DNA of 53,828 bases from a virus (lineage: Duplodnaviria > Caudoviricetes). Both the position numbers and the translations under genes were made by a program. Below the pieces are notes generated by a model. That model did no database searches. It was not told the origin of the DNA and saw only the letters and a program-made list of their open reading frames with translations. The stretch covers positions 1-53,828 of IMG/VR virus record IMGVR_UViG_3300022074_000057. The stretch is one strand, 5' to 3'. Position 1 is the stretch's first letter, and the number at the start of each line of letters is the position of its first letter. Shown here piece after piece: positions 37,082-47,300 of this stretch.

Positions 37082-38299
37082 ATGGCAGACGATTTTTATA
37101 ATCAGAATATTGGCCCCTTGAAAGGCAGTTACTTCGGCCCTGGAGTCGGCTCCTTTGAAAGCCGACAGAGGTCTTCTGACTATTTTTCTAAGTCTATAGA
37201 TCCGGTAAGAGAATCAATTAAGAAGACTGAGGAAAGGAAAAGGGAAGCCGAGAGGCAGAGGCAAATTATCGAAGCAGAAAATGAGCGGCTGCGGAAGGCG
37301 GCAGCGGATGCAAGGACAGAAGAAGAATATCAAAAAAGAACGGATGAGTTTATTAATAAGCTGACAATAGCCCAACAGATAGAAGACCCAGTAGAAAGAC
37401 AATCTTCTATAAATGAGTTGGAGTCTAGTTTGTCTCTTCCAGATCGCTTAGATCCAAAATTCCAAGCACCTATCACTTTGCTTAAAAAAGATATTGATGA
37501 AGTTAAAAAACAAACTAAGGCGCAGCAAGAAGCTCAAGATTCTGAATTTGAGGCGAGTGCTAAACTAGCAATTAGTCAGGGTAGGTTAAAACAAGCCAGA
37601 GAGTTGGCTAATAAAATTTCAAACTCAGTGACTAGAGACGCGGTGTTATCGACCGCAGCAGGAAAGAAACCAAGCCCAGTGCCGGGTCTTGAAAAAAACT
37701 TTAACGATATTACAAGCAAGGCGGACACTACTTTGTCGGCACTTTCTAAAATTACGCCTAGATCAGTCGCTCCAGAACCCGTTGATACACCAGGTTCCAC
37801 TACTGTAAGTCGTGAATTAAAAGAAGCAATGGAAGCCGCCGAAAAAGAGGCAAAGGAGAAAAATCTATCACCAGAAAAAATAAAGGAAGAAGTCGAAAAA
37901 GTGAAAGCGGATTATACTAAAATGGACCCAGATATAGCTGGTGTAGAAAAATCCACAGGCAGCTCGAACAAACAAATATATCTAGAAGCCGAGAACTCTT
38001 ACCGATTATTGTTTGGGGACGAAGAAACGAATAAGTTGTTTAATGATAACCCAGACAACATGACCTCAGACCAAATCAGAGACTTGCTTGTTACTGTTAC
38101 TAAAGACCTAGCAAGAATTAAATCACAGTCTGTATTAAACAAAAAATTCTTTAAACAGTTTGTTCCTGGGGAGGGCGTATTACCTCTCCCAAAGAAGCCT
38201 AAAAAGCCAAAATCCAAAGACTCTAAAAGCAATACCAAAGACCCCGAAAGTGATACCGAAGCTGAAACTTTTGGTGGTCCAGGATTTGTTGGGCAATAA
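37082..38299 (+). CDS. Putative internal virion (ejection) protein
   Basis: Coiled-coil; position. Confidence 0.55.
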   Translation: MADDFYNQNIGPLKGSYFGPGVGSFESRQRSSDYFSKSIDPVRESIKKTEERKREAERQRQIIEAENERLRKAAADARTEEEYQKRTDEFINKLTIAQQIEDPVERQSSINELESSLSLPDRLDPKFQAPITLLKKDIDEVKKQTKAQQEAQDSEFEASAKLAISQGRLKQARELANKISNSVTRDAVLSTAAGKKPSPVPGLEKNFNDITSKADTTLSALSKITPRSVAPEPVDTPGSTTVSRELKEAMEAAEKEAKEKNLSPEKIKEEVEKVKADYTKMDPDIAGVEKSTGSSNKQIYLEAENSYRLLFGDEETNKLFNDNPDNMTSDQIRDLLVTVTKDLARIKSQSVLNKKFFKQFVPGEGVLPLPKKPKKPKSKDSKSNTKDPESDTEAETFGGPGFVGQ

Positions 38300-38321
38300 A
38301 CAATTTTTCAGTTAACTGCCA

Positions 38322-38350
38322 TTGCGGAAAGAGGCAGCGTAGTGTAGTAT
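38322..38350 (+). promoter_or_regulatory. Sigma70-like promoter for the giant gene
   Basis: TTGCGG-17 nt-TAGTAT. Confidence 0.45.
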
Positions 38351-38377
38351 TAACGGATACTACTTACATACGTTGTC

Positions 38378-41300
38378 ATGGCAGACACCAATTTCCCCTC
38401 CCCCACGCCTGAGCCGTCTAATGACGAGCTAGAAAATGAAGGTCTTACTGGCTCTTTACCAGAAGACTCCGAACTAGAACCCACGGAGAAGACCGATCTT
38501 CAAGAGGAAGAGGAGAAAAAGCCTGAGAAGTTCCCTGCTCCTACTGCTGTTGAGCCTATCCCTAGTTTTTTAGCGTGGCAGGTAAATATTAAGTCCGCGC
38601 TTGGTCCTATCATAACAGAGGGACTTAACGACACTGAGAGGAAAGTCGTTGAAGAACATTCGGACAGACTAAGATATACAATCTTTGATAGACTTGAAAA
38701 GCTGGAACGCGGGGAATACCAAGGAGCAACTACTGAGAACGAGTATCGAGACGCATATAATCAGTTTGCCAATAACTTTCGGTTTGAAGTCCCAGAAGGA
38801 GTAGAGTTTTCTGAAGAAAAAGTCCAAGCCGCAATTCAAGCCGCTACGCTTGAACCAAAATCAGAGGCTACCAGCAACAGGCTGAGTATTATTGGGAATT
38901 TAGATGATAGGACTATTAAATCCATTGCCCAACGGGGGGCCGCGAGCTTTAATCAGGACGACCCACAAATTACTAGGGCCACTGCTAATGCTTTAAATAA
39001 ATACACTCCCGTTAATGAAGACCAAGAACAAGTCCTACAGAAAGGGGTGGATGCTTTATTGTCTGGAGCATCAGAAAAAGATATCAATCTAGCTGCTGTT
39101 AGGTCTGACTTAATTCCGTTTGCATCTGAGCCATATTTCGAGGGAGGTAAAGAAGTTGGAGAAATCGTATCCGTTTCTCCTGTCGCATTGAAAGAGTTTG
39201 ATAATCCTTCAAAAGCAGTAAAGTTTTCCATAGAGAACGGACATATTAGACCCGACCAAGCACTGCAAGCTTACACACTTGCTACAGAAAAAGAAGAAGG
39301 GGGGTTGGGCCTTACCCTGGCTGAACGGACTCGTCTTCAAGAATTAGATTCTTATGTTAAGAGTTCTGTTCTGACAGAAAAAAATAAAGAGCCGCTGATA
39401 AACAGTTTACGAAGGGCGGCAAATAACCCAGATAGTCCAGAAGATAAACAGAATTTCCGTTCGGCACTAGCAGGATTTGTTAATACCTCTGACGCGGCGG
39501 GTTTGGGTTTTACTGTAGATCCAACAGATGAGCTTTTTGCTCTAATAGCGGACAACTATATATACGAAAGAGCGGACCAAGACCTCCCAGAGTCCTTCAA
39601 AGATGAGGGAGACTTATCAAGTAACGTCAGGAAAGACCCGGTTACTGGGAAGTTTACCATCCACAAAGCCACAATCTTTAGGCCCGATATTTTTGAAAAG
39701 TCTTTGGAAGATGCAGGATTGTCCGAAGAGGACAAAAATACTCTTCGGTCAAGACGAAAAGTGATATTTAATGACCCGTCATTTCAGTTTTCTGACGAAG
39801 TTCAACACGGTTTAAGATTTCTGCGTAATGAGGAGGGCCAGAGCTTTGAAGAGTATCTAGAGGCTCGCGGCGAGAGTGTGGACTTAGATCTTTTTGATAA
39901 ATACCAAGAAGAACTTTGGGAGAAAAGATCCGAGAAGATAAAGTCGGGCGAGATGTCTAGGGAGGAAGCTAGGTCTTATTTTCCAGACACAGAGGCAAAA
40001 TCTTTTGGGGATCTTTTTGATGAGTTTCTGCAAGAAGCAAAAGTAGATAAAAGAGTTATTTATGGAGAAGGTATGTTGTCAGAATCAACTTTGTCAGCAA
40101 CCGAATATTACGCTTACAGCGTCCCTTTGTTAGCGGAACAAGCTGTTGGCTTAGTGTCCCCCAAGATGGCAGAAAAGATTAGGGGTGGGGCTATTTTTAA
40201 GGGGGCTGAGAGCCAATCTGTTGACTTAGCCAAATATGATATGGCTCGTAGAGAGGCTATGGAGACTTTTGGGTATAAGCCGGGAATGGGTTACGACCTA
40301 TCTGTTGGGTTATCGGGCCTTGTGGGTCAGCTTGTCATGGATTACGTTTTAACTAGGGGGGCAGGAGTAATAGGGAGAAAAATATATAACAAAGTAGGAT
40401 CAAAAGTAGGATTACCCGCACTAAAAGGAGCCAAGGAGATAGCCCAAAAGAAAATTCTATCTAAGTTTGCAGATAATGCGGCTTTGAAAAAAATTAACGC
40501 CGCTAAAGGAGCAGCAAAAGCAAAAGCGTATAAAGAAGCTATCTCTAAGATTGGTAGTAAAGTAAAGCCAGGAACTGCACCCGGAGCTATGCGAGGTGTG
40601 GTTGCTAGAACTTACTTGGCGGGGTATTCTCGCAACTACGCAGCCAGCTTAGTTGCAGTTCAAAATTCTCCCGAAGGTCAAGACAAGACCCTAGACGAAC
40701 AGAGAGAGATTGCTGCTGACGCAGCACATTTCCAAACTGCTTTTGAAGCAGGTTTAACAGGAGTGTTCTCTAAATTTAACTTAGATGTGGTGGAGTCCTC
40801 TATTCTTAGAGGCATATCCCCCAAAGGACTTAAAAAATATTTACGCAAAGATTATGGTAAAATTAATAACAAGGAATTCTCGGCTATTGTTGGGACATCA
40901 ATTAAGGAACTAGAGAAAGAACTGGGTATCGCCAGGGGTAAAATCCCCACACTGTTACTTGGAGCCGCTAGTGAAGGAATTGAAGAAGGACTTCCTTCGG
41001 GGGCTTCTGTAATCTTTGAAGACTTCGCAACGTCATATTTGGATTATAGCGAACTCAATGAAGACGTTCCGATTCTTAGGATTTTTGACAAATACCTTGA
41101 GTTTGGTAAATACCTAGCAAGTGGACAAGTAGATTCGGAGCTTTTAAAAGAAGCATACGAGACAGGCAAGTATGATTTTATTATAGGGGCTTTTCTTGGT
41201 GGTGGAGTTTCTGCTGTGAGGGGCGCGTCTTCTGGTTTGGGAGAAGCCGTTGCTCCTTCAAAGGATAGCAGGGAGGCGGCAATGCAAGGATCTCAACTCC

Positions 41301-44300
41301 TTTATGAAAGTCTTTCCAATAAGTTGTCGGATAGTGGGTCGCCGCTTACGGCAGAGGTAGTAGCTAATCTTTTGACCTCTCCTGCCAGGGGAAGAGATTT
41401 TGACGGTAAAACTCGCGCTGAAGTAGAGGATATGCTCATGAAGGGCGAACTCACTATGGAAGACGCGGTCCGCATGGGGTTAGCACAACCTACCCCAGAA
41501 GCAGCGTCCCAACCGACAACACCGGAAGCAACGCCAGAGCCAACACCGGAAGCAACGCCAGAGACAACACCGGAAGCAACGCCAGAGCCAACACCGGAAG
41601 CAACGCCAGAGCCAACACCGGAAACAGGGACTACACCGGAAGCAGGGACTACACCGGAAGCAGGGACTACACCGGAAGCAACGCCGGAAGGAGAGACAGA
41701 TGCTCCTCCAGAACTTATTTTTGAGCCTTTAGAAGTAGACCCGATTGAACAAATAGTTAATCAAGTTCTTGATTCGGATCAAAATTCGGATCAAAAAGCA
41801 TCTGATGACCCAAGCACACTGAGTTCACCCGAAATCACGCCAGATCCAAGGCTTGAACCCCTCTCCGCTGATCAAGAAGTAGACCGAGTTGTCGCCCAAG
41901 TAGACGAGACGGCGTTTCCAAAAGAGACTGAAACTCCAAAAGACCCTAAAATTAGGCAGCAAGCCGAAGCAGTGAGCGATGAGGCTAACAGAATAAAGCA
42001 AGCAGGGGGGAAGGTTGTCTTCGTTAAAGATGCAGAAGAAGCCGATAGAGTTTTGAGGAAAGCTAGGGGAGGCAAGGGAATCCGCCAAGACCAGAAAGCT
42101 AAACTTAGTAAAGAGAGTTCTTTCCAGGCTAACGTAGACGGATCTCCAGTTACTTTTGTTTTCGAGTCAAAGATAAAGAACAAAACCACTTCCGCCCTTC
42201 GCAAGATTCTTAAAAAAGCATCCCGCGATGCTCAGGTTAGTAAGTTAGTAGGCCGAGACTCTGTTGTTCTACCTAGTAATCAGACAATCAATAAACTGAA
42301 AATCAAGGGCTTCGATAGTCTGGCTGATTCTGAGAAAGTATCAGCAGTTTTGGATTGGCTTGATTCAGACCCCCAAAACAATTTAGACCCACAATCGGAC
42401 AAAGAGTTTATCACTTACCTTCGGAAACTATCCGGCAAAGCTAAAGTTAGTGCCACTCCTGTTGCGGCTAATTCCGTGTCTAGTGTTATATCTTCAAAGG
42501 TGGGAAGCCCGATCATGCCCCCTGCATCCGAGTCCCCTGCCTTGAATGCTGAACAGAAGCTGGAGGCAGGTCGCACTAAGCGGGTCTTCAATAAAGCCTC
42601 TGTTGAGGAGACTGCGAAGCAATTCCAAGGCGAAGATGTGGAAGCCTTTAAAGTCTTTATGAGAGTCTTAGAGAAGGCTCTGGAGCAACTTCCTTCGACA
42701 GTCCCCTTGGTTATATCCAATAAATATGGCAGCGCAGCAGCACTTCGACAAACTGGAGAAGTATATATCGACCCAGTTGCTTTATTCCAAGAATTTAGGG
42801 GTTTGAGAGACATAGACTTCTCTAATAGTAGTCATCAAAAATACGTTTCTGCCTCTTTGCAAAGGATAATCAACGAAGAGTTCGCTCACATAGCGTCTTT
42901 TAGTTCCATCCCTCAGAACGTGTTCGATGAGGTTGTTAACGGGATGACGGACGCGGACTATGAATATATAATTAGCACTTATTTCTCAGCCAGCAAAAAA
43001 AGGAGGGAAAAATCTAGAGCTAAATTAAATAGTAACAATCAGAAGGTGGTTAAGGATGAGAAAGAATACTTGGTTGAAGAGTTCTTGCGCCAACAATACC
43101 AAGATAAAGAAGGAGGATTCACAACAGAGGACTCCTATATCTTGCTCAAAGGGGATAAGAGAAAGCCTGTTCGTGACCTCGTTATCGCATACTTAAAGGG
43201 TATGTATCGCCGTATCATCAAGAAGACTAAGAGCGGTCGCTTCCTGTCAGGCCCGGAGAGGGCGGCAATCGCCAAGATAACAGATGAGATCAATACGTTG
43301 CGGATGGACTTCAAGCCCTCGCTCCCCTACGGTTACACATTCAGCGATTCCCCCAAGGGCGCAGCCGCCGACATCGAAGCCCTCAGTCAAATGTTCCCTC
43401 CACAGGAACCTGACGTATTAGGCGCACCAGCTTTCCGAGATGGGGCTTTTCGATACAACCAGATCGCTGATCGTTTTGAGGAGTTCTTCCCAGAAGACGC
43501 AAGCATAGAAGAAGTCGCGGCAGAGATGGAAGACCTGCCAGCGGCAGAGAGGAACTTCTACCGAGCATTGAGCCGGGAAGACTGGCTGGGGTTTGATTAT
43601 CCAGCACAGGCAATAGACGCGATCCTTGAAGAGCCAGATAATTTTGATTTGTCTCCTCAAGTAAAAACCGCATTAGGTAGGTATGTTAACATCGTCGCAG
43701 GTGAATCTCCCGCCCAATACGCACCAGCTATTACACCAGAACAAGACGCAGCCTACATGGAAGCAGTCGAGTCCGGTGACGTTGAGACACAGCAGCGTAT
43801 GGTTGATGAGGCTGCTAAGAAGGCGGGGTATGATACCAAGGCGTTTCACGGAACGCGTTATCAAGGGGATATATTTGAAAGAAGAAGGGCGGTTAGGGGG
43901 CCAGGAATTTTCTTCGCTACAGACCGAAGACTTGCTGAAATTTACGCACGAGAAATCCGCGGGTTAAGCACGGGACCAGAAAGGGTTGTCGAGGCTTTCC
44001 TACGCCTTAAAAATCCTCTCCTTGAAACTGAAGGCGGGACTGACATTACTGAGAATGCGCCAAACGTAATGAGTGATGAGCAAATAGCGGAAGCTCAAGC
44101 TCAAGGATATGATGGGAGAGTAATAGTAGATAGTAAAGGTCTTCCTGTTGAGATAATTGTCTTTGATTCTAATCAAATCAAATCCGCAGACCCCATCACC
44201 CGTGACGCTAACGGCAACGTGATCCCGTTAAGTGAGCGGTTCGACGAGCGTGAAGATTCTATCCTATACGCACCCCGAATCTCTGATGAGGATGCCCTCG

Positions 44301-47300
44301 ACGATGCCCTCTACATGGACTCCGTTGACCGGAATGACTATGAAATGGCTGAAGAAATCTTGGAACGAGTCGCCGCCCGGTATGGGGTAGAGAACCCTGA
44401 GCTAGTTGTTCGTGACAAAGATGGTGACATCCTGACTCCTGCACAACGATTCATGATTCCTCCAGCGGTGATCTCGCCACAGAAGATCGCTCGCCATAAA
44501 GAACTTGAAGCGAAACACGATGCAGGAACCATCACGCCGGAAGAGACTGCCGAGGCAGAACGTATCGTAGAAGAAGCTGCAAAGGCGACAGGGTATACTA
44601 TTAAAGGAGCCAGAATTGGTTTCTATGTCGATGGTAAAGCATTACCACCCTCTAACGGTGACTTGAATTTCGTATCTGGTTATTTCATGGCTGAAGGTGC
44701 TGGTGCGCCAACAAAGGCAACTTGGTCAGTAACCACAGACATAAACCAAGCATCTGCTAGGCAGAATGATGTAAAGATAGAGGACATAGAGCAGAGGTCA
44801 GAATTGGTAGTCGCAAAAGCGGACAACATATTGCAACTAGGGGGTCGCGGCGGACAACGTCTAACCCCAGAAGAAACTAAACTGGTAAGATCAGAGATTG
44901 ATGCACAACACGCAATCAACGATAAATACATAAAGACAAAACTATACAGAAAGGCTAGACCTAAGAATTACGACTATTTTACAGATAGAGTCCAAGAAAT
45001 AGCTAAGGCTAGAGGCTCAGAGTTAGTCGATGCCTCAATACATTTTAGTGAGGCAGCATTGAAGAAAAATAAAGGCCGCATTCCAGAATCGGCATACGAA
45101 GAAGGAAGCCCCGCCTTTAAAAAAGCCCTATACATACTGATGCGTGATGGGCTTATTCAATATGATGCAGTAAGGGGCATTGGTGGCAGAGCATCTTCGG
45201 GCGAGATGGCATCTGAGTTTGTTGTCCCTAACCGAAACCAAATCAAATCCGCCGAACCCTTCACCGGAGTCCCGATTGATGAACGGTTTGACAGGGATCA
45301 GGATTCGATTCTTTATATGGCTAGTTTCTTGGACGATATTCCTGGAGGGGATAAGATCAAAACCACACCGACTTTTAGTATTAACCCCCTGCTTCAGACA
45401 CTTCCTATCCCAATAGCTCACACCAGCAAAGAGTTCGGGTTGATGCGTAGAATGATTTCAAAGCTCCTTGGAGTTGAGTTACCTAACAAGATAAATATCA
45501 AGGGCGGCGAGAAGGGAGCCAGAGCGTTTCTTGCGAAATATTTTATTGAGGGAGACTTTGCTGATGAGCGGATCAGGAACATGATGATCAGTATCTTTCG
45601 TTCTCTTACTACGGTACAAACTCGTTTAGATGGATTCCACACTGAAATGATGGGTATCCTCAAAAGTAAAAAATACAAAGGTAATTTGCCGGAGGAAATT
45701 AGGAAAGACTTCAATACCGCCATAGGAACGGAAGATATTGAGATTGATCGTGAAGCAAAAGAAATTGTAGACGAACAACATAGATTAGACACTGAAGCTA
45801 TTAATAGCGACAACCCAAACACGTTTCGACAGATCACCCCGGAAGAAGCTGAATCGCTAATACAGCAAGCTAGAGAAAAAAACCCAACGGCGACTGATCG
45901 AGAGATTAAAGTTATAGCTGGTAACTTGTATCGTGGAATACTAATCAAAGAAGCGAACAAGCTGCAAGAGGATGCGACAAACAAACTACTTAAAGAAGCA
46001 GGTAGGAAGAACAAGATAAAGGTTGTTAAAGCACTCAAAAAGCTTGAAGACGGAGGACACATTAAACTTGTCCAAATGGTTGTTAACTTGCGTCAAGTAA
46101 TCACCGAAATATCTGAGTTTCTTGGTGGAAAAGATGGGGCGAACGCGTTGAGTAAAGAACTCAAAATAGCTTTCGACATAACGCAAGGTTTCTACTTGTC
46201 ACGCAGTTATCGGTTCTTCAATGACCCCACTTATAGGTCAAACCTTATTGAATTGCTAGAACAAGGGAAAGAAGTAAGAGGTGACAAGCGGAAGACCGCC
46301 GAACTTGAGGAGCGAATTAACAATGCAGTCGATGATTTTAAATTGATTAAGAGGCGTGAGGTCGAGGGAAAACTCTTAACAAAAAAATTAGAACAAGCTC
46401 AAATTAGTGGAGAATTGACTCGTGAAAGAGGTCAAGAAATTAAAAAAACTAAAGAGTTCCAACGAGAGGTTGAAGAAGAATTAGGCGATGAGGAGTCAGT
46501 AGCCAAAGAAGCAATGCTTGAATACCTAAATTCGTTTGGGGACGCTAGGAATTACGAGAGTGCTTCCGAGGGAGCCAAGGTAATTCATAACGCGCTCAAG
46601 AAAAAGAAAGACTTGACCCCAGGTGTCAGGAGTCTTCTTGGTCAATATGAGTCTGATGCGGACGCTATCACTGGAATCAGGGTTATGCTTCAAACCATTC
46701 AGACTCAGACTCATATGCTAGCCAGCATCATGAAGCTCAAGAATCTCGTAGACTTGGACAATCGTTTGCGAGAAGCAGCCATAGCTGCTGGTGAGAAATA
46801 TGACCCAATCATATTGTCGAATAAAGAGCATCGTAACTTAAACGCCCTAGACAAAAAGAAGTATATGCAATTGGAGGGCAGTCTTCCTGACTCCAATCCA
46901 TTAAAAGGGAAGTTTATCAGAGAGGATATTAAGGCCGCACTTGAGAAGTCTAAAGATCCGATGGATATGAATCGGGCGGACGCAACTGCGAAGAGCTATG
47001 CTGGTATTGTAACCTTCTTTAGTGTTCTAAATGGCTTAACCCTTATGGGAGTAACCACGGTATCTGGCACCGCTTTCCACTTAAGAAACTCTTTAGGCAC
47101 TGTATTCAAAGGACTTAGAGCGGGAGTTTTGGTAAAACCCATATTGGCATGGAGGCTAATTTATAGGAGTATTGCAGAAGCAGCGGTCGCTTTTCCTGGG
47201 GTGGACGAGAAATTCAGATACGTTCCTGATTTGATTAACCGTTATAGAAAAGGTGAGCGGGTTACATTAGATTCGCTTAGGACAGAACACGCTAAGTTAG

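Noticed and set aside
45418-46062. 214-aa antisense ORF within the giant gene
   Set aside because: S/L/F-rich shadow of an E/K-rich coding strand
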